Of a DNA stretch of 64,000 nucleotides, positions 20,390 to 30,379 are shown piece after piece; position 1 is the stretch's first letter; every line of letters starts with the position of its first letter. A model generated the notes under the pieces. It was not told the origin of the DNA. It did no database searches and was given only the letters and a program-made list of their open reading frames with translations. Source of the DNA: an uncultured Clostridiaceae bacterium (GTDB lineage: Bacteria; Bacillota; Clostridia; TANB77; CAG-508); NCBI GenBank assembly GCA_947647275.1, contig CANSJQ010000007.1:1833-65832 (forward strand), written 5' to 3'. Both the position numbers and the translations under genes were made by a program.

Positions 20390-20914
20390 TTATATTATTT
20401 TTTTGTATAAAATTTCTTCTTCACTAATATTGTTTTCATCCATAAATTCCTGACATTTTCTTTCTAATAGTTTGAAATCACAACACCTATTTATTAATTG
20501 CTCTGTTGCCTTTCTTTGTAAAACTAAATAATATAAATTTTTTGCTCTATTGTTGATTCTTGTCTTATTTTTTTCTATCCATTCCATTTGCATGTATAGC
20601 ATTCTTTTATATTTAATATCTTTAATTTCATATATATATATTTCTTCTAAATAACTTTTAGGTATTGGCATCATATTATTTAAGTTTATTCCACCTAATC
20701 TTCCCTCATCTATTTTTAAAAAATCTTGTGTGTTTTTCATTGTTAAATGCTTTTTCTTTGGAGATGTTAGTGGCGCAAAAAAATTCTTTCCATTTACACA
20801 TAATACCACTCCAACAAATGGTCTATTTTCTTTATCATTTTCTACAAATGGAATTTTAGGCTCATAATAATGTAAATAATTGCAATATTTTGCATCTGCT
20901 TTATATACTTTCAT
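20390..20914 (-). CDS. toxN: Type III toxin-antitoxin system toxin, ToxN/AbiQ-family endoribonuclease
   Basis: APLTSPKKKH, YKRMLYMQMEWI, LYYLVLQRK and CDFKLLERKC align with motifs I recall from AbiQ/ToxN; 174 aa. Confidence 0.8.
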   Translation of the reverse strand: MKVYKADAKYCNYLHYYEPKIPFVENDKENRPFVGVVLCVNGKNFFAPLTSPKKKHLTMKNTQDFLKIDEGRLGGINLNNMMPIPKSYLEEIYIYEIKDIKYKRMLYMQMEWIEKNKTRINNRAKNLYYLVLQRKATEQLINRCCDFKLLERKCQEFMDENNISEEEILYKKII

Positions 20915-21335
20915 ATTTTTCCTTTCATTATTAATAGCAAGAAATAAAATTTTCTAAGTGGCAAAGCTACATAAGAAAATCTAATTCTTCCATAATTATC
21001 TTCTGATGAAATTCATCGCTATCGCAAATGACTTTCCTAAGAATATAAATAAAATTAATAATTTAATTTTTATTGATATTTTTGTAATTGCTATTTTATC
21101 TTTTTCTTGGATTTCGTAAAAGACTACAAATTTTTATTGATAATAAATATGTTATACATTAATGTTTACATTTTATATTGTTATTACTATTATGTCAATA
21201 TTTTTTATGTAATCTTTTTCAAAAAGTTTTCGACATTTTTTTCCAACCTATTGCATTTTTACATAATTTTATGATATATATATAATATATTTTTAGTAAC
21301 TTTTTGTTTAATAATTATTATCTTAAAGGAGGAAA

Positions 21336-22070
21336 ATGGATATGAGTAGACTTTATGAAATTAGTTACAATGATAACCAATGGAATATTACAGGTAGTCG
21401 AGATACTGGTTATACACTCATACACAGAATAGCTCTTGTATCTTGCAAAATTTCAGGAGATATTATAGGAATTGAGCAAGTTACAGATGATGAATTTTTA
21501 GTGTATCGGCGTATAATGCGTGATGAATGGCAAATTATAAGGTTTAAATTTGATATACTTAAAGATAAAGCATATCAATTATACCGTAAGGAGTTTCGTA
21601 AATTTAATTTTTTGACAGAAGATCTTATTATATTTAATAAAGATGCTCATGTATTAGGCGCAACATTGTATAGTATTAGTAAGAATGCAGAATATGATAC
21701 TTTAAATCATATATTAAGTTCAGAATCTGATTGTAGACTTATCAAAGATAGACGAATTACATTGTTATATGAAAACCCAGAGGAAGATGAATACCCTACT
21801 GCTTTATATGTAGAATATCAGTTTAATTCATATCCACTTAATATTTGTGCATATTTACAGGTTGTTTTGGATGTAAATACCTTTAAGCCAATTTATCCTG
21901 TATATAGTACTTTACGTGATAAATATTTTGATTTATCAGATGAATCAATTACTCTTGGCCAAATAGCTAGAGAAGATTCTTATTATGCTAATAGAATTGG
22001 TAACTTTTTAAGTGCCTTTTATTCTGAGGATAGTAGGAAAGATTTAGAAGAATTACGTAGTACTAAATAA
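21336..22070 (+). CDS. Hypothetical protein (244 aa), divergent from toxN
   Basis: AAGGAGG RBS and a strong terminator; no family recognised. Contains a zero-frame CGG-C codon at 21507. Confidence 0.5.
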   Translation: MDMSRLYEISYNDNQWNITGSRDTGYTLIHRIALVSCKISGDIIGIEQVTDDEFLVYRRIMRDEWQIIRFKFDILKDKAYQLYRKEFRKFNFLTEDLIIFNKDAHVLGATLYSISKNAEYDTLNHILSSESDCRLIKDRRITLLYENPEEDEYPTALYVEYQFNSYPLNICAYLQVVLDVNTFKPIYPVYSTLRDKYFDLSDESITLGQIAREDSYYANRIGNFLSAFYSEDSRKDLEELRSTK

Positions 22071-22080
22071 GCTACTAAAA

Positions 22081-22112
22081 AGAGCAAAACGATTATGTTT
22101 TGCTCTTTTTTA
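22081..22112 (+). terminator. Rho-independent terminator
   Basis: AGAGCAAAAC-GATTAT-GTTTTGCTCT plus a T-run. Confidence 0.8.
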
Positions 22113-22155
22113 TATTTTAGGAAAGTACTCTATTTTAAGTTGTAGAGTAATGTTT

Positions 22156-24778
22156 TTATGACATTTTCTCTTTAATTTTAACCAATGTATTTAGTGCATC
22201 AATAGGTGTTAAACTGTTTACATCAATTTTATCTATTTCAGTAGCTATTTCTGCAAGTTTGAAGTTGAACATATCTAATTGACCTTCTTGTTTCTTTTTA
22301 TCTTCTTTTTGCATAGCTTTTTCACTTATTATGCTTTTTCTTTCTAAGCTTTTTAATATTTCTGTTGCTCTTTTGCTTACGTTTTGTGGTACTCCTGCTA
22401 AACGTGCTACATGTACACCATAGCTTTCATCTGTTCCTCCTGGAAGTATTTTTCTTAAAAAGATTACATCTTCTCCTTTTTCTTTTACTGCTACTTGAAA
22501 GTTTTTTATTCCTTCTAGTTTATCTTCTAATTGTATTAATTCATGGTAATGTGTTGCAAATAACGTTTTTGCTCCACATTTTTCTTTATCTACAATATAT
22601 TCTGCTACTGCCCATGCTATTGAAAGTCCATCATATGTTGATGTCCCTCTTCCTATTTCATCTAATATTACTAAACTATTTGCAGTTGCTTCTTTTAGTA
22701 TGGTTGCTACTTCCATCATTTCTACCATAAATGTACTTTGTCCCATACTTAGGTCATCTGAAGCTCCTACTCTTGTGAATATTTTGTCTACTACTCCTAT
22801 ATGTGCGTATGATGCTGGAACGAATGAGCCTATTTGTGCCATTAGTGTTATCAATGCTACTTGCCTCATATATGTAGATTTTCCTGCCATGTTTGGTCCT
22901 GTTATCATTGCAAGTCTTGTTTCGTTTTTATCTAAATATGTATCATTTTGAACAAAACTTCCTGATGGTAACATTTTTTCTATTACTGGATGACGTCCAT
23001 CTTTTATATCTATTATTCCGCTATTATCGACGGCTGGCTCTACATAGTTTAATTCTTCTGCTACTGTAGCAAATGAGCATAAAACGTCTAATATTGCTAT
23101 TACTTCTGCAGATAGTTGTATTCTTTTTATTTTGCTTTCTATGTCATCTCTTATTTCTACAAAAGCGTTATATTCTAAATTTATAACCTTTTCTTCTGCT
23201 CCTAATATTTGGTTTTCTAAGTTTTTTAGTTCTTCTGTTATATATCTTTCTGCATTTGCTAAAGTTTGTTTTCTTATATATCTTTCAGGTACTTGGTCAA
23301 GACCTGATTTTGTAACTTCTATATAGTAACCAAATACTCTATTAAACCCTACTTTTAAGCCTTTTATTCCTGTTTTTTCTCTTTCTTCTGCTTCTAGTTT
23401 GATTATCCAAGTTTTTCCTTCTGTTGTTGCTTTCTTTAAGTGGTCAATTTCTTCGTTGTATCCTAATTTTATTAGTCCACCTTCTTTTACACTAAGTGGT
23501 GGCTCATCAACTATTGACTCTTCTATTAATTCATAAATGTCTGATAATTCATCTAGTTTTAAATATAATTCTTGTAATAGTGGTGATTTTGCACTTGCTA
23601 ATATTTTCTTCACTTCTGGCAATTGTTTTGCAGAATTTTTAAGTGAAATTAAATCTCTCCCGATTAGCACTTCCATATGATATTCTTCCTGCTAGTCTTT
23701 CTATATCATATACTTTTTTAAGTAACTCTGTTATATCTCCTCTTAGTATAATATTATCTTTTAGTTCTTTTACAGCTCCTAATCTGTTGTTTATTTCTGT
23801 AACATCTATTAATGGGTCATTTATCCATCTTCTTAAATGTCTTCCACCCATTGATGTTGAAGTTTTATCTAATACCCATAAAAGTGTTCCTTTTTTAGAT
23901 TTATCTCTCATTTTTTCTGTTAGTTCTAAGTTTCTTCTTGCATTTATATCTAAGCTCATATATTTTGTAGTGTTATACATTATTATTTTGTTAATATGTT
24001 CTAGGCTATTTTTTTGTGTATCTATAAGGTAATATATAAGTCCATTTATTGAAGCTATTGCAATTTTTTTATCTTCCAAATTGTCTATATCTTCTCCTGT
24101 TTCAGTTTTTACTATATATGTGCTTGTTAATTTCTCTATATCATCCCCAAATGCATCTTCTTTTATTTTTGAAATAAATACTTCAAAACGTTCTTTTATT
24201 TTATTTATTTCTTCTAAAGAATCATACATAAATGAATTTACAATTATTTCTGCTGGGTTGTATCTTGATATTTCATCTAATAGTTTTGGAAAATTATTAC
24301 TATCTGTAATTTGTGTTGTTCTAAAATCTCCTGTTGAAACATCACATACACTTATTCCAAAAAATGTACCTACTTTGTATATACTCATAATGTAATTATT
24401 CTTTTTTTCATCTAGCAAATTGCTTTCCATAACAGTACCTGGTGTAACTACACGTATTACACCTCTTTTAACTATACCTTTAGCTTGTTTTGGATCTTCT
24501 AATTGCTCACAAATTGCAACTTTGTAGCCTTTTTCAATTAGTCTTGAAATATATGTCTCTGCAGCGTGAAAAGGAACTCCACACATAGGTGCACGCTCTT
24601 CTTGTCCACAAAGTTTACCTGTTAATGTTAATTCTAGTTCTTTTGATACACGTATTGCATCATCAAAAAACATTTCATAAAAATCGCCTAAACGATAAAA
24701 TAAAATGCAATCATTATATTCTTCTTTAGTTTTTAAATATTCCTGCATCATAGGTGAAAATTCCGCTTTTTCTGCCAT
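22156..24778 (-). CDS. mutS: DNA mismatch repair protein MutS; needs a +1 shift at in-frame CGG 23662-23660
   Basis: N-terminal mismatch-binding domain (PMMQEYLKTKEEYNDCILFYRLGDFYEMFFDDA) and C-terminal ATPase (ITGPNMAGKSTYMRQ, ILDEIGRGTSTYDG). Junction reads ...ISYGSAN-CGG; the zero frame stops after 7 codons and the +1 frame gives G-RDLISLKNS. Confidence 0.9.
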
Positions 24779-24914
24779 ATTCTAATTCTCCTTATACCTT
24801 TTCATTTTACTCCTTGTTGTATGGTCGATTATTAATCGTCCACTTCCTTCTACAAAACTACCCTTAAATTATATATTCAATTGTAGGTGCAATTTTAATC
24901 TTTTAATTTATTTT

Positions 24915-25511
24915 TTAAAGTCCTCTTTCTTCTTCAAAGTAGTCTTCCATTGTCCTTCCAAATGCATTATCTATCCCATTTTGTAACCTTATAAATAGTG
25001 AGTCTTGTGCATCTTCGTTTGTAACTAAACTTTTATACATATTTCTATAATACCACTCTTGCTTTTCTTCTCCTCTATTAAATGCTGAAAAGTCTTTATA
25101 GCCTTTTTCTTTAAATACTCTATTCATATCTTCAATGTTAGATATCTTATCTGCAATTACTATTAATTTGTCTCTTAATACTTTTTCTCTCATTTTGTTT
25201 ATTTTATTTTGTTTTCTTTCTTCCCAAGGCTTGCTTTTATCTAGTTCTGATGCTACTTCTACTAAATGCGCTATATCTTCTCCAAAAATTCTTTTTATAT
25301 CTTCTAATGTAAATTTTGTATCTTCAGGAACATCATGTAAATATGAAGCTGCAATGACATTTCTGTCTGCTCCATAGCATCTTAGTATTTCTGCTACTGC
25401 TATTGGGTGAACTATTGCTGGTTCTTCTGGTTTTCCTTTTCTTACTTGTGCACTATGTGCAATTATTGCAAACATTAAAGCTTTTTCTATTATATTTACA
25501 TTTTCTGACAT
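24915..25511 (-). CDS. HD-domain (p)ppGpp hydrolase-like protein (small alarmone hydrolase type)
   Basis: IIAHSAQVRKGKPEEPAIVHPIAVAEIL...AASYLHDVPEDT matches the RelA/SpoT HD hydrolase motif. Confidence 0.65.
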   Translation of the reverse strand: MSENVNIIEKALMFAIIAHSAQVRKGKPEEPAIVHPIAVAEILRCYGADRNVIAASYLHDVPEDTKFTLEDIKRIFGEDIAHLVEVASELDKSKPWEERKQNKINKMREKVLRDKLIVIADKISNIEDMNRVFKEKGYKDFSAFNRGEEKQEWYYRNMYKSLVTNEDAQDSLFIRLQNGIDNAFGRTMEDYFEEERGL

Positions 25512-25591
25512 ATTATATTTCTCCTTTTTTAAAAGTTAGAAGTTGGAAGTTTGAATAGTTATACTAGTTAGTTCGTGTATTATCTTATTAT

Positions 25592-26230
25592 TTATCTTTC
25601 TTCTTTACTTTCCTGAATTTGGTCTATTTTTTCTTTTATTTCATCTAATTTCCTAATTCTTTTTTCTATATGTTTAGGGTCATGTGCATATGCATCGCAA
25701 TATTGAATGTGTAGTAATTTTTTTATTAGTTCTATATTGTTTTTATTTACATTATCTATATTAATTATAGTATCATGATTTTCTACTAAGTAGCATATTT
25801 CTTCTACTTCTTTTTCACTATATCCTAGTCTAGCTAAAATTTGTTGTGACATACTAGCTGAAACTTGTGGATGCCCATGAAAATGTCTTACTTCTCCATC
25901 TTCTTGGTATGAATGTGGTTTTCCTATATCATGTAAAAGAAGTGCTAATCTTATTTGTAAATCTGGCTTTGATTTTTGCATTGCTAATTTTATATGTTCC
26001 CATACATCATAACAATGGTGTGGATGTTTATGGTCAAAACCATCACAAACTTTCAATTCTGGAATTATTGTGAATAACATATTTTTATCTAAATAATATA
26101 TTGGGTTTTCCATTATAATATTTTCTAATTTTTCTTTTCCTGCAATTGTATTTCTTAATCTTTCTTTCGTTGAATTATCATGTGTATCATCTAATTTACT
26201 TCTTTCTATTTCTTTTTCCATTTTCAACAT
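25592..26230 (-). CDS. HD-domain phosphohydrolase
   Basis: HHCYDVWEH...LLLHDIGKP HD motif. Confidence 0.55.
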   Translation of the reverse strand: MLKMEKEIERSKLDDTHDNSTKERLRNTIAGKEKLENIIMENPIYYLDKNMLFTIIPELKVCDGFDHKHPHHCYDVWEHIKLAMQKSKPDLQIRLALLLHDIGKPHSYQEDGEVRHFHGHPQVSASMSQQILARLGYSEKEVEEICYLVENHDTIINIDNVNKNNIELIKKLLHIQYCDAYAHDPKHIEKRIRKLDEIKEKIDQIQESKEER

Positions 26231-26239
26231 CCTTATTTT

Positions 26240-27652
26240 TTAGCAAATTTCTCCTTTTAAATACCACATATGCTCTGATACTATTTTTAAATTCACTATG
26301 TTTCCTATTAATTCTTTCTTTCCTTCAAATACTACTACTTTGTTTGTGTCAGTTCTTGCTGTTAACATTTCTTTGTTTGTCTTACTTATTCCTTCTACTA
26401 GTACCCTTTGAGTTGTTCCTATGTATTTATTATTATTTTCTTCTATTTGACTTTCTACCAATAACTTTAACCTGTCAAAACGTTTATGTTTTATTTCTTC
26501 TGGTATTTGGTTTTCCATTCTATCGCCTGGTGTTCCTACTCTTCTTGAGTATATGAACATGAATACTTGCTCGAAGTGTACTTTTTTTACAACATCTAGT
26601 GTATCTTCAAAGTCTTCTTCTGTTTCTCCTGGGAAACCTACTATTATATCTGTTGAAAATACTATGTTTGGTACCATTTTTTTCATTTTTTCTACTAATT
26701 TTAAGTATTGTTCTTTTGTGTATTTTCTGTTCATTACTTTTAGTACATTTGTACTTCCTGATTGAAGTGGTAAGTGTACTATTTTACTTACTTTCTTGCA
26801 GTCTTTTATTGCTTCTATTACATCATCGGTGAAATCTTTTGGGTGTGGTGATACAAAACGTATTTTTTCTATTCCTTCTATCTTTTCTACAGCTCTTAAT
26901 AGAGTTGCAAATGAGTTTACTCCCTCGTATTCTTCAAATTCTATTTTCTTTTCACGTTCTACTCTTAAATATGAGTTGACATTTTGTCCTAATAGTGTTA
27001 TTTCCTTATACCCTTGCTTTGCTAGCAAACGTACTTCTTCTATAATATCTTTTGGACTTCTACTTCTTTCTCTTCCACGTACATATGGAACTATACAATA
27101 ACTACAAAAATTATTACATCCATTCATTATTGTTACTGATGCTTTTATTTTATCATTTCTTGAAATTGGTAAGCCTTCTATTATTTCTCCATCTATATCT
27201 ATTACATCTCTTATCTTCTTGTTTTCTTCCAAGGCTTTGTAAAGGTCTTTTGGTAATTTATGAAGTGTATGTGTTCCAAATATTATATCTACATATGGGT
27301 AACTTTGTTTTAGTTTTTTTACTATATGTTCTTCTTGCATCATACAGCCACCTATTGCAATTATTGTGCCTTTATTTTCTTTTTGTTTTTTTACTTCTCC
27401 TACTTTTCCAAATAGCTTTTCTTCTGCATTTTCACGTACGCAACATGTGTTGAATAAAACTAAGTCAGCCTCTTCCATATTTAATGTTTTTTTATAATTC
27501 ATTTTTTCTAACATTCCACTTAGTTTTTCTGAGTCATTTTCATTTAATTGGCATCCCATTGTTAATATATAATATTTTAATATTTTTCCTTTATTTATTT
27601 CATTTACTTTATCTATATATTTTAGTTCTTCTTCTATGTTTATTTTTTTCAA
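26240..27652 (-). CDS. miaB: tRNA-i6A37 methylthiotransferase MiaB
   Basis: UPF0004 N-domain (TMGCQLNENDSE), radical-SAM CNNFCSYCIVP, TRAM C-terminus. Confidence 0.9.
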   Translation of the reverse strand: MKKINIEEELKYIDKVNEINKGKILKYYILTMGCQLNENDSEKLSGMLEKMNYKKTLNMEEADLVLFNTCCVRENAEEKLFGKVGEVKKQKENKGTIIAIGGCMMQEEHIVKKLKQSYPYVDIIFGTHTLHKLPKDLYKALEENKKIRDVIDIDGEIIEGLPISRNDKIKASVTIMNGCNNFCSYCIVPYVRGRERSRSPKDIIEEVRLLAKQGYKEITLLGQNVNSYLRVEREKKIEFEEYEGVNSFATLLRAVEKIEGIEKIRFVSPHPKDFTDDVIEAIKDCKKVSKIVHLPLQSGSTNVLKVMNRKYTKEQYLKLVEKMKKMVPNIVFSTDIIVGFPGETEEDFEDTLDVVKKVHFEQVFMFIYSRRVGTPGDRMENQIPEEIKHKRFDRLKLLVESQIEENNNKYIGTTQRVLVEGISKTNKEMLTARTDTNKVVVFEGKKELIGNIVNLKIVSEHMWYLKGEIC

Positions 27653-27803
27653 AGCTTATTTCTCCTTTTTACCATTTGCTTTATTTTATTACATTTTATA
27701 AGTTTTTTCAAGCGAAATATATTACATTTTACGACTTTTTAAAGAAAAGATTTTGGACTCGTCTAAAGCTTTCTTTTTTCAAATCTTTCTTAATTTAAAC
27801 TAT

Positions 27804-27852
27804 GTGTCCAAAAGGGACAGATTACCCATTAGGAAACGTCCCCAATGGACAC
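27804..27852 (-). repeat. Hairpin repeat family 1, copy 2
   Basis: GTGTCCAAAAGGGACAGATTACCCATTAGGAAACGTCCCCAATGGACAC with terminal inverted repeat GTGTCCA/TGGACAC. Lies between the rpmE stop and the miaB start. Confidence 0.85.
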
Positions 27853-27891
27853 AACAAAAAAAGAATGGTTTCCCACTCTATTTTATGTTTG

Positions 27892-28092
27892 TTATTGAAT
27901 TCCATATTTTTTCTTAAATTTATCTGCTCTACCACCTGTTGTTTCTTTTCTTAAATTACCTGTCCAGTATGGATGACATTTTGAGCAAACGTCTACTTTC
28001 ATTTCAGATTTTACTGAATTTGTTTTCATTACGTTTCCACATGCACATGTAATTGTACTTTCTGTATATGTTGGATGTATTCCTTCTCTCAT
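27892..28092 (-). CDS. rpmE: 50S ribosomal protein L31 (Zn-binding type A)
   Basis: MREGIHPTY...CACGN...CSKCHPYWTG. Confidence 0.95.
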   Translation of the reverse strand: MREGIHPTYTESTITCACGNVMKTNSVKSEMKVDVCSKCHPYWTGNLRKETTGGRADKFKKKYGIQ

Positions 28093-28184
28093 TTTGTATT
28101 CACCTCTTCCTCTCTTTATTAAAAACTATCTTTTATATATTAACACATAAATACATTTTTTTCAAGTACTTATTATGTTTTTAC

Positions 28185-28334
28185 CTATTTTTCTTTTTGT
28201 TCTTGTACATATTTAGCTGAAGCTTCTAATTCATCTTCTATTGATGGATGAAATACAAACTTATTAACCATATTGAACAAGCATGCTAATACTACTATGA
28301 CTAGTAATACTTTTTTCCAAACTTTAGCTATCAT
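28185..28334 (-). CDS. Small membrane protein (49 aa), not in the supplied ORF track
   Basis: GGGGAG RBS 7 nt upstream of the ATG. MIAKVWKKVLLVIVVLACLFNMV... has a single TM. Confidence 0.4.
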   Translation of the reverse strand: MIAKVWKKVLLVIVVLACLFNMVNKFVFHPSIEDELEASAKYVQEQKEK

Positions 28335-28431
28335 TTTTTTCTCCCCTAAAAATTATACTACATATTAATTATACTATATTTTTCTATTTTGTCAATGATT
28401 TAATATTTTTTTATTATATCCACTAATAAAA

Positions 28432-28474
28432 ATCCCCTTTGAAATACATATCGTGTACTTCAAAGGGGATTTTT
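28432..28474 (-). terminator. Strong hairpin terminator after the MazG-like gene
   Basis: ATCCCCTTTGAA...TTCAAAGGGGAT flanked by A-run and T-run. Confidence 0.75.
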
Positions 28475-28782
28475 TAAGATTCATTTTCTGCCTTCACAAA
28501 ATTTCCAGCACTATTTTTGACATATTTTCTTCGTTTATTCTTTTCAACCTTCTTGATTATTTCTTCTTCAAGATTTACTCCTTTAATTTCTGCGATTCCT
28601 AATAAGAATATAGCTACATCTGCTAATTCCTCAGGAAAAGTATCTAAGCCCTTGTACCAAGCATCATGAGCTTCTGCTACTTCTCCATAGAGATGACAGA
28701 ATTCTTCATTTAAATCTGTAATGTTAAATCCATGCCGTATTTTGTTTTCATATATCTCTTTTTGCAATTCTAGTAACGACAT
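28474..28782 (-). CDS. MazG-like nucleotide pyrophosphohydrolase
   Basis: EEFCHLYGEVAEAHDAW...EELADVAIFLLGIAE MazG motif. Start at M16 with AAGGAGG RBS. Contains a zero-frame CGG-C codon (28737-28735). Confidence 0.7.
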   Translation of the reverse strand: MSLLELQKEIYENKIRHGFNITDLNEEFCHLYGEVAEAHDAWYKGLDTFPEELADVAIFLLGIAEIKGVNLEEEIIKKVEKNKRRKYVKNSAGNFVKAENES

Positions 28783-28863
28783 AATTATGTCCTCCTTTTG
28801 TTTTATAGTTTTGATATATATTATCACACTTCATTTTATTTGTAAATATTTCTCAATATTTTT

Positions 28864-29457
28864 TTATCTTATATTTTCTTCTTTATTTTCAATTTTTCTA
28901 TCTATTGCTATGTTAGTAATTCTATTTTCATTTTCTACTCCATCGTGTATAATTATACCTGTTCTTGAGTCTAATATTAAAGAATAACTATTTATATTTG
29001 GTAATCTTCTTGCTGATATTTTATTTTCTCTTAGCTTATTAAACATTTCTTGTAAATCTTTTTCTATTACTTCTCTACTTTTATGTTCTTTTCCTACTGG
29101 TGTTACTCCTAATACTATTCCTATATTTATAGTATCTGTAATGTTTTCTCTATTTTTCATTATTTCTTCATATAAATTTTCTATTTTTTTACACTTTACT
29201 ATTTGATCTTTTTCATCTAATTCAAAATCTTTTTCACAATTTCCTTTGTATATATTCATATGTGCTAGAAACGAAAAATTTTTCTCATATGCTATTAATG
29301 CTATACAAGACTGTAATCCTATTGTAAGTAATAATGGCTTTTGCTTATTTGCTACACCATATTCTCGCATATTTACAAACTGTAGCAAATCTTTTTCTGT
29401 TTCTTCTATATTAAATTTCATTACTTTTAAAGCATTTTCTATAAATTGTTTTTCCAT
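28864..29457 (-). CDS. Hypothetical protein (197 aa)
   Basis: ORF only. Confidence 0.4.
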   Translation of the reverse strand: MEKQFIENALKVMKFNIEETEKDLLQFVNMREYGVANKQKPLLLTIGLQSCIALIAYEKNFSFLAHMNIYKGNCEKDFELDEKDQIVKCKKIENLYEEIMKNRENITDTINIGIVLGVTPVGKEHKSREVIEKDLQEMFNKLRENKISARRLPNINSYSLILDSRTGIIIHDGVENENRITNIAIDRKIENKEENIR

Positions 29458-29536
29458 CTATTTTCTCCCTTTAAGTTTAATTTTGCAAATTTTTCTCCCA
29501 TCTTTTTCTCCATTTAAATTACATTTAATATTATAT

Positions 29537-30379
29537 TTATGCTATTGCAACATTTAAAAGGCCAATTCCTATAGCTACTAAGAATACTGCAAATAGGTCT
29601 TTTAGTTTTGGCTTTTTTTCTTGTGTTTTCATGAAATATGCCATTATAATTGTTAGCACTATTGTTATTGGTTTTACAAATTGGTATAGTGTAACTGAGT
29701 TTGAAGATAAGTAGTTTCCTAAATATACTGTAAAAAATCCAAAACTTTGCTGTATAAATACCCATTTTATTATGTTTTTGTGTTCTTTATTGTATTTCCA
29801 TGTGTATCCTTTTGAGAATAGTACTGTTAACGATAAATTTAATAATAATATGTATATTGCATTTGACCAATATTTTAATATGTAATGTGCTACATAGCCT
29901 AAGCCTACTTCACATATAATTCTAATTAATAAATCTTTTTGTAAAGATTTTATATTCAATTTTACATCTGCTATTGTAAACACTCCTATTAGTGTTAATG
30001 TGATAGATGCTATACTTATTAAATTAAATTGTTTAACTCCTATTATGCTATCTATAATAAATGCTAAAATAATTCCAAGTGACATATATGTAGATGATTC
30101 ATAAGGGTTTAGATGTGTTAAACACCCTACAATAGTATGTTGTTTTTTATACCTTAGAAACATTGCAATAATTAGTAATATAATTGGAATAATGCTAAAT
30201 TCAAATTTAATTCCATTGTTTATTGTTTCTACTATAATCATAATAATAGAAAATGGTACCATTGAAAAACACATATAGTAAAAGTAATCTTTTCTACTTA
30301 TTCCTTTATTTACTAAGTGTTTATCTATATAAATTGCTATACTACTTATAAGTGCTGTTATAAATACTACTAGTATCAT
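29537..30379 (-). CDS. Polytopic integral membrane protein (DMT/EamA-like, tentative)
   Basis: About 9-10 hydrophobic segments. The start overlaps the stop of the MATE gene. Confidence 0.45.
   Translation of the reverse strand: MILVVFITALISSIAIYIDKHLVNKGISRKDYFYYMCFSMVPFSIIMIIVETINNGIKFEFSIIPIILLIIAMFLRYKKQHTIVGCLTHLNPYESSTYMSLGIILAFIIDSIIGVKQFNLISIASITLTLIGVFTIADVKLNIKSLQKDLLIRIICEVGLGYVAHYILKYWSNAIYILLLNLSLTVLFSKGYTWKYNKEHKNIIKWVFIQQSFGFFTVYLGNYLSSNSVTLYQFVKPITIVLTIIMAYFMKTQEKKPKLKDLFAVFLVAIGIGLLNVAIA

Noticed and set aside
20915-21335. A clean ToxI-like tandem repeat array upstream of toxN
   Set aside because: Only weak ~33-nt periodicity is present, with about half the positions matching between units in very AT-rich DNA. 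That is not sufficient to call an antitoxin RNA feature, so it is reported only as an open question.
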